Shown in pieces: positions 1 through 14,313 of a stretch of DNA of 64,000 nt (positions within the stretch are counted from its first letter, which is position 1; each line of letters begins with the position of its first letter). A program made the position numbers and the translations under genes. The notes beneath the pieces are model-generated. The model had not been told where the DNA came from, did no database searches, and saw nothing but the letters and a program-made list of their open reading frames with translations. Origin of the DNA: Cyanophora paradoxa CCMP329 (Eukaryota > Plantae > Glaucophyta); the NCBI GenBank assembly GCA_004431415.1, contig QPMI01000096.1, forward strand, positions 140,114-204,113. The letters run 5' to 3'.

Positions 1-3000
1 AGTACTAACGTTCGCTTCGTCTGACCAAAGCTTTCTACATACGTACAGGTCCTGTACGCGGCCCCCCTGGCCAGCTACCCGCTCGGCCAGCGCCCCGCGG
101 GGCACCGCCTCGCCCTCGTCATCAAGATGAAGACCACCGAGGCGCCCCCCTTTCGATCTCTTTGGAACTATAGCTACGACTTTAACGCTCTCTTACGAAC
201 TATCGCTACGTCTCTTACGCTCTTTCTGTCGCCCGCGCAGGAGTACGCGTACTGCGAGCTGGACTTGGACGCTTCCCGCTGCAACTTCATCCTCCCCCTC
301 GCCTCGGTCCGAGAATTCGAAGTCCCTCCATCTCGCCTAGGCCTCCTGCAGCTGCCTGATCGGCTCTACATCTCTTATTTGACGCGTTGCGGTTGCGGTT
401 GCAGGTCTTGGGCGACGCGAAGCCGACGGACTTCTCGTACACGTCCTTCGCCCCGTGGCCGGCGCGGGACCCGGACGCCCGGTTCCCCCCGGCGGACCTC
501 GGCGCGTTCGAGGCGAGCTGGCCGTGGTCCGAGGCGGCGTTCGGCGAGGCGGGGAGCATGCTCGGCGCGGCCGCCGCGAGCGCCCTCCGCCCGCCGGCGG
601 ACTGCCTCGGGTCCAGCTGCCTCTCTTTCGCTCCGCAGGTGAACAAGGCCTCGCCGAAAACCGCAAAATGAATATCGATGGGTCGGGCTGTTATCGCTGA
701 TATCGATTGTGACCGGCCCCGCAGCGCTGGAGCGCCTACGCGTTTTCCGCGTGCTCCGCGGCCCAGTTCGGCCCCGTCCGGGCGTGGCCGGCGTCCGCCG
801 GCCTCTGCACCGGCGCCGCCCCATACGACTTCGCGGCGAAGGCGGCGTCCTTCGAGTACGATTTCCGCCATTTCCACGCCGCCTACGAGCGCCTCTTCTA
901 CGACACGGTGCGTCTTTCCCAATTCAAACTTCTTCCTGGCAATATATAAACCATGCGTTGACGTGCACGTGCACGCGCCGTCCGAACTGATTCGAACCAC
1001 TTCGTCGGCACCAGACCTCCGGCTTGCTGAGCGGGGGCGCGCGAGAGAGCTACGAGGCCGGGGGCATGCTTGGCAGCCTCTTCTTGTCCCGCCCAAACGT
1101 GAGCGAATTGAGAGCCCTCTCCTTTGGTATGGCTCTGAGCGGAAGCGGCCCGCACGCGCAGCCCGTCGGGAGCAACCTAAACGAGGACGAGCACCGGAAA
1201 CGGCATTTCCGCGTACAGGTAGTCTTTGATTTGTGAATCCCTTCAGCCATCTATAGATTACCGATGCGAGAACGCTAAATTTTCCGAGCCAAGTCATAGT
1301 ATCTTGATCTTGCATCCTCCGATGCGAGAATCCTTCCGTGCCGAGCCAAGATATGATCTGAACCGACGCCGTCGCGATCGCAGGCCGAGCTGGTGAGGTA
1401 CGAGGATCTCGCGGCGGCTGGCGGCAGTAGCGGCGCGGGGGGCCTCGCCGCGGGGAGCACCTACTTTTTATCTGGAACCAACTGCCTGGACTGTGCGCTA
1501 TTTGATCCGCTTCGAATTCGAATATTCTCCTTGCTTGCACTCTCTCGCGACGCCTGTACCTTCATCTTCATTTTACTTTGTGTCGCTCAGTTCACGATGC
1601 GGACCCGGAGCCCTCGTCGGCGACCTTCGAGGGCAATGAGACGCTGGCCGACGTCCGGCGCGCCTACGGCAGCCTTGGACCATTCGCGGGTCTTCTCGTC
1701 CAAGACGCCCGGGTCCGATGGGCATTAATTCAATGTTCTCTTACAGATTCGATTTAATTTACCTGCTTCTTCGAGCAGTTCGTGCCGTTCTGGGCGCGCG
1801 GGGTCGCCTTCTTCGGCAGCTTCGTCGGGTTCAACTCGACGCCGGGCGGCGCCCCCGCGGTCTTCCCCCTCCTGAAGGCCTGCTCGCTCTCCGCGGGCGT
1901 CGCCCTTCTGAAATTCGACCTCGACGCCCTCGCCCCCGCCGGGCACTCGGCCTCCGCGGGATCCGTCTACCCATCCGTCCCCTGGCCCAGGACCGACGGC
2001 GTGTTCTTCGCGGATGCCTTCCCGCCCGGCGCCTCCCTGCAGGCGGTCCGCGCGGACGGGCGGGTGGCGGAGGGCGGCCCGCTCCTCTACCACGCCTTAG
2101 TCCGAGTGCCGTTCTTCCCGACGGGCCCGTGCCCCGACGCGCTCGTCTGGGGCATGTGCCCGGGCCTTCCCATCGTCCACGTTACCGCCGTGCGCAAATC
2201 GCTTCGAACTTATTTCGTTACAAATGCTGACGCTCGCGATCGTGCCCATTATCTAGGCCCTGACGTGGGAGGTCGACCCGTCCTCGTTCACGGACGAGCC
2301 GGTGGGCGCGCGCGCCTTCCGCGCGTCCTTCGCCGCGCCGGCCTCCTACCGCACGGGCGTCGCGGTCCACTCGGCCCCGCGCATTCTCCGCACCGACGCC
2401 ATCCCTCTGGCCGACCACTGGATCGTGCGCCACTCCATTGATGACGAGCTCCGTCGCGTTTTGGGAGCAGCGAAGTTCTCATCCGCTCCTCTCTTTAGGT
2501 CCAGAACGAGCGCCACCTCCACTCGGGTCCCGGATACGGAGTGCGCCCTCCATTTTAGTTTGCCTCTACCCTTGCATTCGACTAGGGTTGAATCTCGCGA
2601 CTGGGCAGTACCTGGAGGGCCGCCTTGTGGACCCGCCGAACGGGCGATACGCCTTCTACGTCACCGGCGATCGGGTCGTCCGCCTGGCCAAGCCGGACAG
2701 CTACCGGAGCGGCATCGCAGGCGCCGTGGACGGCGAGGTGCGGATCTACGGGTCGGACGGCTGGACGGGATCGCGGAGCGAGTGGACGAGCGTGGCGGCC
2801 GCTGTGTACAAGGACGGAGCCCTCTTTGTCGTGCAGGAGGCGCGCGCGCCCCACCGCTTGTTTTCGTTGACTGCGATGCGATACCCTTAATCTCGGCGCC
2901 TGCAGGTCCACACTGCGTCGAACACGCGCGTGTTCACCTTCGCGTCGAGGACCCTGCCGAGGCCGCGCTACTCCCCGTCGAAGCGGATGGGGCGGCAGAG

Positions 3001-6000
3001 CGAGCGGGCCCCGGGGTCCCGCCTCCTCCGCCTCCAGAGCGTCAACGGCGCCTCCTTCGACGCCGCGAGCGTCGGGCTCAGCGTCATCGTTCCAACTTTC
3101 CCGGCCAACATCATTAGGTGTTTCATCATTCATTTCTTTTCATTAGTGTTCATCTAACGGGCTCTTTTCTTTTGATTTGCAGTGCAACGGTCGTGGACGA
3201 TTACTCTTCCAGTTCGGCGGCCGGCACGAGCCTCAATCTTACCGTCCCCTTTGTCGAACTACCATGGGTACGCATGCATGAGTTCCTTCTTTTTTGTGTC
3301 GAAGGATCGATATCGCTGAATTCGAATGCGAACCCTATTGCAGATCGTGTTCGTTGTCGCCGAACCGGTGACAATTATTAAGCTGCACACGCGGTGCCCG
3401 CCCGGGTTCCGCTGGAACCACGAGGTGCGCGCGGTTCGGCGACCTCGGTCGGCTTACATACAACACGCTCGCTCTCACACTATTCTCTGCGCCGTGGCGA
3501 CTGTCAGGCCGCCGTGTTCAACGGGTCGACTGCTGAAGTGGACCTCTGCATCCCTCTTCCCGCCGGTGCGCCCCAGGCCTAGGCCCCCGCACAAGCACGG
3601 ATCTATGATGGAACGCTCACTTTGCGAAAACTTGAAAACTCGCGAGCAGGGCGCGCGTCGGCAAAGGCAGGGCTGCTTCTCGACGAGGATGCCGACATGT
3701 GCGCCCGCCGCGGCCGCGCGCTCTCACCGGCTCAGCATTTCATCGAACTTTTCCGTGTCCTCGCAGCTGCACCCCGGGCTACTACAGCCCCCCGGGCTCG
3801 ACTGCGTGCCTCCCGTGCCCTAAAGGCACGGGATCGAACAACGGATCGGGCTCGTGCTATGGTTCGGCCGCCGGCGCCGTTCTTAAGCTCTTCTCTGGCG
3901 GCGTGCGCTCAATCGCGACCGCCTCGACAGACTGCCCGCAGCACACGTACTCGACGGAGGACGGAATGCCGTGCACGCGCTGCCCCGACAACCGCTTCAC
4001 GACCACGTCCCGATGGATCTTTGGTGAGGGCCGCTTTTCGAATCCATACTCCGCATATGCATTCTCACGTCCACCCCGTCAGATTGCATGCCCTGCATCG
4101 CCGGCAGTTTCCTCGCGCAGCCTGGGTCATCTACCTGCATGTCCTGCCCGTCGAACCAGGTCGGAATTCAACTAACTTTCATGATGTCGAACGGGCCGGG
4201 CTTTCGAATGTCGGATTCTGATTTCTTGTGCAGTTCTCATTGGAAGGCGCCCTTGGCCGATGTGAATTCTGTGCGCTTAGCTTGTCGCCGACTTCTCGTT
4301 TGCGGATACGACGTTTCCTGATCTATACTGCTCGTCCGCAGGCCCGTCCGGGGCGTACCCGAACCTAGCGCAGACGATGTGCGTCCCCTGCGCGGCGGGC
4401 TACTTCCAACCAGAGAGCTTCCGGCCCTGCGCGCCGTCCGTCAATTCACGCGCTTTGCTCTCTTAGCTTTCCGGCGCTCAAGCCGGTCTGCAGGTGTCCT
4501 CCGGGCCAGTTTTCTCTGGAGGGGACCTTTGGGCTCTGCTCCGACTGCCCCGCGGTAATTTCTATACAGCTGGGAGCTCGATCGAGCAATCTGACTTCGT
4601 GTGATTGCGGCACCAGGGCCAGGTGCCTACGGCGGGGCAGGACGGCTGCGAGGCGTGCCGCCCCGGTTCGGGCGCGGCCGACGGCGAGTGCGTGGCGTGC
4701 ACGACCGACCACGCGTCGCCGACGGGCAGCCCCTGCACCAAGTGCCCGGCGGGGGAGATCAGCCTGCCGGACCGCAAGCAATGCGTGAAGTGCAGCCCCG
4801 GGACGCACGAAAAGACGGAAGGGGAGGTGCGCGTTCCCTCGAGCTCGAATATGCCATCATTTTATTTGATTGTTACTTGCACCCGCCCAATACTCTCGCG
4901 CCGTGCAGTGCGCGTCGTGCCCGTTGAACTTCGTCGCGCCGTTCGAGGGCGCCGTCAACTGCACGCCGTGCGCGGCAGGAGAGGTGGCCTCTATGGACGG
5001 CAGGCTCTGCTTCCAGTGTCCGCCAGGTGCAGAAGACCGTCGGGCTTTGTATACGTAGCCAATCTCATCCGCGAGGATAACACCTGCTCTTTCAGGGACG
5101 TATCGGTCGGAGAGCATGCTGACTTGCGAGTCCGTCCCCGCGGACTCCATCGCACAGGCGGGCTCGTCCTCGCCGTCCCGCTGCCCGGAGGGGACCGTCC
5201 CCAACAGCGCCCGCACCGAGTGCAACCCGTGCCCCAAGGTGCCCTCCGAGCGCGATGCACGTCGGCCTCGAGCTGTTGTCTTTGCCTTACGAGGCGCTGC
5301 AGGGGACGTACGAACTGAACAAGGAGTGCCTTCGGTGCGAGCTCAACAGCGTCGCGGCGGATCCCGGGCGGACGGCCTGCGTGCCCTGCCCCGCTGGGCA
5401 CGTCTCGACCGCCGACTTCCAGACATGCGTGCCCTGTCCGGTGCGCATCATGTCCCGCATCATATCCCGCAGTGCGGCAAGTTCTCCGGGCGAATTATAA
5501 TGACCGGCATGCAGGGTGGCACATACAAAGGCGATGGGGACACCACCTGCGTCCCAGTTCCCGACAACAGGTGATTTAAATTGGTGTTGTTCGCAACAAT
5601 GAATCGAACCTTTTGTCTGCGCGTGCACAGCGTCGCTTCCCCGGGCTCTGCCACTTACAAGAACTGCACGGCGGGCTACGTCGCGAATCTGGCGAGGACG
5701 AGCTGCGTCGCGTGCCGCAAGGTCCGCAAATCAGATCACATTCACATCAGAACACATTGGCGTGACCGAGACGCCCGCGGCCGCCCAGGGCTCGTACCAC
5801 GCCAACGGCAGCTGCGAGCTGTGCCCGCTGCACCACGTGGCGCCCCAGGACGCAGCGACCTCCTGCGTCCCGTGCGGCCCAGGCTTCGTAGCCTCGCCGG
5901 ACCTCCAGACCTGCCTGCCGTGCGGTGTCGGTCCGCATTTCGCTCTGCTGCGAGCCCCATTCTCGGCGTATCACTTCGAGATTAAATCGAATAGTGCTTC

Positions 6001-9000
6001 TGGGGAGTTGACGTTCGAATTTGAACGATATATCCTTAATGGGTTTTGTGGTTTTGGGCAGGGACGTACCGGTCCGACGAGAACGCAACGTGCGAGCCCG
6101 CCCCGCCCCGCGCGGTCTCGGGCGGCGCCGCCGCCGCCTGGACGCCGTGCCTGCCGGGCCACGTGCCGAACCAAGTCAAGTCCGAGTGCCAGCCCTGCCC
6201 CACCGGCTCCTACCAGGTCGGCCCTAGATTTTATTGCTTTCACGTTCGTTTCGCCAACTGAACGTGACGGGCGCGACAGGTCGACGATCGCTGCGCACTC
6301 TGCCCGCTGAACACGCGCGCGTCGGCGCCCGCCAGCGTCAGCTGCGCTGAGTGCCCGGACGGGACGGTCTCCGCCCTCGACGGAGCGTCCTGCACACGGT
6401 AAATACATCTATAAGAGACAATGCATGTGGCCGCGCCGACGCCGGCGATATTCAACTAAATTAATATCGTACAACGGCACATATACAGGTGCCCTGTCGG
6501 AACGTACCGCAGCGGAAACATGACGCACTGCACGGCGGTCCCGGCGCGCTCTGCGGCCGGCGAGGGGAGCGCCGCGTACGAGACGTGCGACCCCGGCTTT
6601 GTACCGAACGCAGCCAGGAGCTTCTGCGAGCCCTGCCCCGCCGGTTCGGATGGATCCTCGCATTCGGAAATCACGCTGGGGGCCAGCGTGACGTCCCCAC
6701 AGGCACGTACCAAGCCGAGGACGCGTGCACGGTCTGCCCCTCTAACACGATTGCGAGCGCGCCCGGCAATTGGCAGTGCGAGAAGTGCGGCGATGGCTTT
6801 GCCGCCGCGATCGACAGCCAGTCTTGCATCCGTGCGCCCATTTGTTTTGCTCACGTTTGAGTGCCAGTTGCGATCGTTCTCGGCGCCTCGCAGCGTGCCA
6901 GGGCGGGTACTACCGGTACGAACCGATGCTGGAGTGCATGCCGGTGCCGGACGGCGCGGCTGCGCTCCCGGCCTCGGGGAACTACACGGCCTGCGTGCCG
7001 GGCGAGGCGCCGAACGCGGAGCTCACGTCGTGCCGGGCGTGCCCCAAGGGAACGGGCGAGTTCGGCTGGCGGTGCAGGGACTGCGCGGGCAACACGTACG
7101 CGCCCGAAGCCGGCACCGCGCAGTGCCTCGCGTGGTGCGTCCCACTGGGCCACGATCTGGCCCCTCTAGATCGTGCAGCTTATTTTCAAACGCGCGCGCA
7201 GTCCTCCCGGCCAGGTAGCGTCGTCAGACCACCAGACGTGCTCCCCTTGCCGTGCGTTGCGGCGTATAGCTTCAGTCGCCGACATCGACACCGATTATCT
7301 TTAATGCTTTCATTTGAATTTGCAGCCACCGGATCGTCCCGCTCCGTCAACATGTCCGCCTGCCAAGTAGTGCGCCCATTCTTCGAATTCGCCATTAAGT
7401 TTACCAAAAGCAGAATAAGACGTCGAGCGTTGACCTTCCCTGCAGTGCCCCTTCGGGACCTTCGCCAGCGCTCCGGGCAGGGCGCGCTGCGACGACTGGT
7501 GCGCTCGAGCTTGAGCTTGCTTCCTCCAACTGCGCCGCGATGCCCTCCGGGGCCGTACAACGGTTAATTAAAATCCCGCGGGCGCAGCCCGCGCGGAACG
7601 GAGTCGAAGAGGGACCGTTCCGGCTGCTCGCTGTGCAAGGCGGGGGTGCGCGAGAGGAACGGAACGTGCCTCCCCTGCGAAGACGGATCCGTCAGCAAGG
7701 TGCCTATAAATAACACTTGCGATTGGCTGTTGGATTTATTCGTGGTCGGCTCTCATGTTGTAATAGGTACCGGGCTCCACGGAGTGTACCCCCTGCCCGG
7801 ACGGGCACTACTCCCTTTCCGACCAGTGCGGTTTCTGCCCTTCTAGATCGCTCGCCAGCTGCGGCCTCATTTCCCGCTCCTCAGCGCGCGTTGCGAACCG
7901 TGCCCCGCTGGCACGATCAAGCCTCGGACCATGAATGTCTGCGTACCCTGCGCTCCGGTGCCCACCATTGGTTTTCGAATGTATTTCTTTCGAAAGTTTT
8001 CGAATTCCGCGCTTGGCAGGGAACGTGGGCCCCCGTCGGCACGCCGGACAAGTGCCTCTCCTGCCCGCTCGGCTCGTACTCCTCCGGAGACTCCACCAAA
8101 TGTATTCCTTGCGATAGAGGTACTTCACGAAATATTCCCGTATTTCACACAAGGTCTAATAAGCTAAAAACACGGCTTAATTCAGGCTTTTACATGGCGA
8201 ACGGGACCGACTTCTGCCAGAAGGTGATTATAAATAAACTCAACGCAGCCAGCTGAATAGCTTGCAATCGGGCTCACCCTTTCTGTCTCCGATTCGCAGT
8301 GCCCCGCGAACACGGTGGCTCCGGACGAGGGCGCCGGCGGCGCGTGCGCCCCGTGCCCCGGCGGCTTCACATCGTCGCTGGACCGCCAGATCTGCCGCCC
8401 CTGCCCGCCGGTCCGCCCTCGCCCTCGCGTTGCCCCTGCCCGCCGGCGGCCCCCCGTTTACTTTTTTGTTTAGGGCTACTACCGTCCGTCGGACGGCGGC
8501 GCGGCTCAGTGCCTAAAGTGCGGCGGGGCCGGCGTGTCCCGCTCCGCCGGCGCCGCCTCCTGTGACTCCTGGTGCGGCCGGGCGCCTTGCGGTCGGCGCC
8601 GCGCCGAGGCTTTACTTCTGCGTCGCTGCATCTGACGGCTCCTTTCGCGTTGCAGCCCCCCTGGCCAAGTGCCAAACGAAAACGGCGCCGAGTGCAAGGG
8701 TTCGCCCGTGATCACGCGTCCAACGCGTGTTCAATTCCTTTCGCCGGCCTCTAACGGTCGGCTTCAGCGTGCCCCGATGGCTGGTTCCCCGATCGCGAGA
8801 CCGGGAAGTGCCGCCTCTGCCCGCCCCGCACGACCGCGAAGTCCGGAGGTGCCGCCCTTTTCACTAGGCCTCGTGTCGAAGACAGACTCAAAATACATAC
8901 TTAATAAATTTTTTATTTCATCACACATAAAAGGTTGTGTCGATAGAACTAAATTATTAAGATCGATAAGAATTGACTCACGTAGAAATGGGTATTCATC

Positions 9001-12000
9001 AAGCCAGCGCGCGCGCGTTTGCAGAGGCAGCCTGCGCTCTCTGCCCCGCCGGGCACGTCTCCGACGCGGCGCGGACCGCCTGCCGGCCCTGCCCACCCTC
9101 CCAGTACCTTCCCCTCTCCGGGAACGCCACCCAGTGCTTGACCTGCCCCCGTGCGCACACGCCCTTCCCCGTAGCATCCTCCTTGCAATTGCCATTTCCC
9201 GTCCTCTGACTTGACTCCGCCTTGCAGAAAACTCCGTCTCCTCTTCCCCAGGATCCACCGAGTGCGCCAAGTGCGGCGACGGCTCCGTGGTCCGTCCCCG
9301 AGCTCGATCCGGCCGCCGCAGCTGATTTTGCTCCGACTGATATTGTCGTATCAGTCCGACGAGTCCGGCACCTCGTGCGTCGCCTGCGCCAAAGGTGCGC
9401 TTAACATCAAAGAAGAATAAGTCAAGAAAGGCCGTTATATAATTAACGTTCGCTGATGGCTGTGATAAAATGTTAGGGACGGCCCGGAACTCCACCCAGG
9501 ACCGCTGCATGCCCTGGTGCGGCCTTGCTCTTCTCCAAGAACCTAATCGTGCAGATCAGTTCTTGAGCTGAGCTCCCGTATACGTATGCGCAGCCCGTCC
9601 GGCTTCTACGCGCCCTCGGAGGCCTCCACCTCCTGCCTCGCCTGCCAGGCCACGCAGCTGTGGCGAGTTCGAGCCTCGCTCTCACGCAAACCACGAGCTT
9701 TAATGTAAACATGATTCTGAATCGAACCGCAGCCCCGTGGCGACGGCGGAGCCGGTGGAGGTCGTCGACTTCCGCGCGATCGTCGCGCAGAGCATCTCGC
9801 GGGCTTTCGGCCTGAGCCCGCCCGGCTCGAGCTCGAGTTCGGGATCGACCGCGGCCGCGGCCCGAGTCCGCGGCCGTCGCCTCCTGCAGGAGCAGCAGAC
9901 CGGCTTCCTCGCGCGACTGACGGGGACCGACGCGGGCGTCTCGTACCTCACCGAGTCGGTCACCCTCGACACGAACAGCGCCAACGTCACGCGCGCGGTG
10001 CCGCTGTCTCCATCCTCCCTCTCTCCCTCTCCTCTGAATCCTCGCCCGTGGCCAGGAGATCAAGAGCGAGGAGACGGCCGCGGGCCGCCTCTACGCCGCC
10101 CTCGCCCTCCTCGCCGCCGCCGTCGGCCTCCTCCTCGCCCTCGCCGGCTTCGCCCTCTGCTTCTACGTCAAGGTCCGCAAGCAAGCCTTCTTAAAAGAGC
10201 TTATAAATTATCTGTCGCTACTTAAAAGAGCAAGTCCACTTAAGCAAGTCTATAGCTACTTAAAGAGCTCATCTGTCGACGTCGCTGCATTATATTGTAG
10301 CGCGCGCCTGCGCTGCGGCTCGCTAACGCGCCCCCGGCCCGCGCTCGCTCGCTCGCTCGCTCGCTCGCGCAGCTGTCGTCGCGGTTCACGTCCGAGGCCG
10401 TCATGGCGCAGCGGCGCCTCCGGGTGAGACGTCGGTTCTACATATAAATATAACCAACTCTAGCTAGTTCTTTGATTATTTCGCTCGCCTTTCTGACTTG
10501 CCGTTTTTCGTAGATTCGCAAGCTGGACGTCTTCTACGCGGACGTCATCCGCGGGCAGCGGGCGGCGATCGCCGAGGAGCTGGCGAAGGAGGCGCTGGCG
10601 GAGCGGGCGCCGCTGGTGCCCTCCTCCGACGGGAGCTGCAGCGCCAGCGCCAGCGCCAACGCGAGCGTCTGCGCGTACCCGCACGAGCCGCCGCGGCTGC
10701 CGTCGATCCCGACGTCGACGGCCGATCCCGACAAGGGGCCGACGCCGTCGCCGGAACCGGGCGCGGGTGCGGAGCCGGCGGGGACGGTCCTGGGCGCTGC
10801 CTTCGCACTCGTGGCCGTCGGCCTCGTCGCCGTCGCCGTCGGCTACGCCGTCCTCCAATTCGTGCGCCCGTTTCCCCGTTGGATGTGGGCCCGTCTCGTC
10901 GACTAGCACTGACGGGCCCGGTCGCTCGACTAGGCACTCGCGAACTACAAGGTCATCGAGAGCCTGAACGTGGGGGCGTCCCCCTCGGAGGCGGAGATCC
11001 GCGGCCCCTTCGAGCTCTCCGTTTCCTTCGTCGGCTTCGCCGGTGCGTGCATGCAAAGGCGCCGCAGCTATCCCGGCCTCTCCGCCCCAGTTAATAATTT
11101 TGATCCGCTTCCCGACTCCTCCAGGCCCGTGCGAGGTGCGGCGGCTCAGCGACGCGGCGTCGACGTCGACCGCCCGGAACGCGACGGCGGACGGCGGTGA
11201 GCTTGAGTATATTTGTGCATGCGCGTCGTGGTCCGGGGCTCATAGAGCGCTACTTTGTTTGTCGTTGATTCGGATTCGCATCGTTCGAATTCTTATCGAT
11301 GGAGTCGCAGCGGGTGTGTACATTGCGGTCAGCGGCGTGGCGGTCGCGGTCGACGGCGCCCCGGCACCGACGGCGGAGGCGCGCTACGATGCAGCCCAGC
11401 GGAGCTGCCTGTGCGCTTCCCGGTCGAATCTTAACTAGCTTTAGACGCTTTATTCATTCTCCGTCGTCGACGACGACGACGGCGCCGCAGGGTGACGTGG
11501 CGCTGCGACGACTGCCGCCTGGCCGCGAGCGAGGCGGCCGTCGACTTCCGCCTCGTCTCCCGCCTCGCCTTCGCCGTCGCGACCAGCTACCTCGCCCGCG
11601 TGCGCTCGACCCGCCTTATAATCTGTAAACCGAAGAGCGATGTTCACGGCTTCTTTCTATGTGGGAGCAGGTGCCGAACTACGCGGCGGTCGAGGGCCTC
11701 GTCTCGCCGAGCGCCGCCGGCCAGTTCACCGTCTTCCGCGGCGTCCGTCCCGTCACGGTTCGAATTCGCCCTCTCCCTCGCGTCCATTCGCCCAATATAT
11801 CAAACACGTGCACATTGTTTCTCGCCCCATCTCTGACTCTTTCTCTCCCTGCAGGTCCCCCTCGCGCTGACGCCCGTCCACTTTGAGGCGAGCTTAGGCT
11901 TAGGCTGTAGCGCCAGAGCCAGCTCTTTAGGGTCGCAATTACCGCAGCGTGAACTGAACGCGCGGGCGCGCGCAGGACTCGCGGGACGGGTTGCCGCGGT

Positions 12001-13758
12001 ACGATGTGGCGCTCCGGCCGGCCGACAACCGCGCCGCCGAGCGCAGCGAGGCCTCCTTCGTGCGCACTGCCCACTTAGCTGCTTAACCTAGCTATCGAGC
12101 TTATATTATATTTAGCTAAAGCTCGTTCTTCCGGCCCGACTGCGCCTTCTGCAGTGCAGCTGACGCCGCGGCCGCCCGCCCCGCCGCGCGAGCGCGCGCA
12201 GGGCCTCTGCTCGATGACGCGGCCGCTCTGGGAGCCCGAGTGCGCCGGCGAGGCCGTCGTCTTCCGCCTCGCGCTGCGCGTCTCGACCACCTTCCTCCGC
12301 GTCTCCCGCGTCGAGCGGGTGAGCCTCGGGCTCGAGCTCGGGCCGGCCGCGGGGCACCCTCTACGTGACATGATATAAAGCCTCAAGCCCCCTGAATCTC
12401 ATGATCACGCGCCCCGCCAGGCGGGGTACCTGGACACGATCGCCGACGTGGCATCCCTCGCCGAGCTCGCCATCCAGGTGACACTCCGAACACAGACGCA
12501 GACACGCGTTCTTTGGATGCGTTCATAAGTCACATATATATGGAAAGATAGATGGAGATGTCGATCATCAAACGCGTTCCTTCAATTTCATATAATCATC
12601 AACTTCAAGCGCTTGCTAGCTTGGGCTCTGGATCTGCTGACCAGGACTTTGCTCACCAGGTGGGGTCGACCCTCGTCCTCGCTTTCTTTCTCGTGGCGCG
12701 CCGCGTCCCGGTCCGCCCCCCCCCCCTCTCCCCCCCGCCCCCCCTCCCTCCCCCCCCCGCCCCCCCCCCCCCCCCCCGCCCTCGCCTGCAGCTTCCGTTT
12801 CCTTTCCTAAAGGGAGAGAGGGCAGGCGTGGAGGCGGTGGCTGGCCAAGGCCGACAAGCTTAAGGACGGCTCTGCGCGAGGCGAATCCGAACGCAAGGCC
12901 AAGGGCCACGGCAAGCGCGGCGAAAGACGGTCGTCGCTGCCGCCGTCGGCGCTCTCGCTGGACTCTGTCACCGTCTTCGAGCTGGGGCCGGCCGCGTCGG
13001 CTTCGCTCGCGACCGCGACGTCGATGTCGACCGGCGAGGGCGAGGGCGGCCGCACCGGCGCCGGTACTACCGGCAGCCTCGGCCTCGCCCCGGCCGCCCG
13101 CGGCCGCCGCCTCCTCTCCGCCGACAGCCTGCTGCCCCCGCGGGCGAGCTCGGGAGCCTCGAATTCCAATCCGGCGTGCATGGCCCCAAGCGCCCCCCGG
13201 CCCCCGTCCCTCCCCCCGCCCGGCCTCTCCAGCCGCCCTCCACACCTCAGCATAGTCATCAAGGACGGCTTTGAGGTGCGGGTACCCCGCCACTGCGAAT
13301 TCGATTCGAGTCCGGCCGGCCGACCGGCGAGTGCGCAGGGCGCGCCCTGGGGGCCCCTTCCGAGGCGGCCGGCGCACGCGTCCCGCAGCGCCCCTTGCTC
13401 CCCTCCCACAGAGCCCCTCGCCGCCGCCCGCGGCCCCCAGTCCCTCTCGCCCCTCTCGAGCTGGCCCCCCGCCAGCCCCTTCACCCACCAGCCCATCCGG
13501 TCCCCTTCGGCCATCGACCTCGGCTCGCGATCGCGCCCCTCCTCTTCAAATCCGACGGGGCCGGACGGGGCGGACCGCCTGTCGGCCGTCACCGGGAGCC
13601 TGCCCCGCGCGCGGTCGCGGTCGGCGGGCTCCGCGGACTCTGCCGCGCTGCGCATGCGGTACGGCCTCGGGATCGGTCCCGGCGCCTCGCTCGGCGTCCC
13701 CTCGCAGCCGCCGCCACCCCCGCGCGGCGGCCGGCCCACCCTGCCGCCGCACGGATAG
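1..13758 (+). CDS. 5'-partial multi-exon Cys-rich surface/membrane protein (many CxxCPxG TNFR/GCC2-GCC3/ephrin-receptor-like repeats, about 3 TM segments, Ser/Pro-rich C-tail)
   Basis: Exons between ~3700 and ~9700 repeatedly encode 'CxxCPAGxYS...CxxC' units (e.g. CTPGYYSPPGSTACLPCPKGT, CELCPLHHVAPQDAATSCVPCGPG). An 'RRLLQ' motif follows at ~9880, then hydrophobic segments at ~10090-10170 (LYAALALLAAAVGLLLALAGFALCFYV), ~10790-10860 and ~12660-12690. The last exon ends at TAG 13756-13758. Short GT/GC..AG introns occur throughout. This may be more than one gene. Confidence 0.65.
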
Positions 13759-14313
13759 ACTGAGAGATCGCTTTCTAGGCCATCTTACTAGTTAGTGCGC
13801 GCTAGCTAGCCTTTCCAATCTAGCTTAAGATTTAGAGATCGCTACCTTAGTCCGCCGCCGCACAAAAAGAACCGAGGCAAAAAAATTTGCAAAATGTTTT
13901 GGACCCTCGGGGGTCCCTGGCACTCCCTGCAGCTGATGAGCCTGCGAGCCGCGGCCTCGGGGACGCGTACGTCCCCGGCCCCCGCGACCGCGGCCCGATC
14001 CGGATCGGATCCGGATCCGGGGGCCGGGCCCGGGCCCCGGGGGCCGGGGCGCCGGCACAACCGTTGAACCGCCGCCGCGGCGCCGCGCGCGGCGCCGCGA
14101 CGCGCGCGCGCTGCAGCCCCGGCCCGCCGCCGCGCACGTGCATACTATGACACGCGCCGCGCGCGCGCGTTCTACTACCGAACTTAGTATATACGTATAC
14201 AGGCTGAGAAATCATACAGCGCGCGCGGCCGCGGAGCCTGCCGCAGTGCGGCCGCCGCCGGGCCGCGGCCGGGCGCCGGCGGAGCGCCGCCGGGCCGGAT
14301 CCCGGACTCCGGC

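Noticed and set aside
12715-12780. Long poly-C/G tracts (also ~32700, 56985-57046, 60712-60732) as functional G-quadruplexes
   Set aside because: Ordinary intronic or intergenic homopolymers in this genome, with unreliable lengths; no specific evidence of function.
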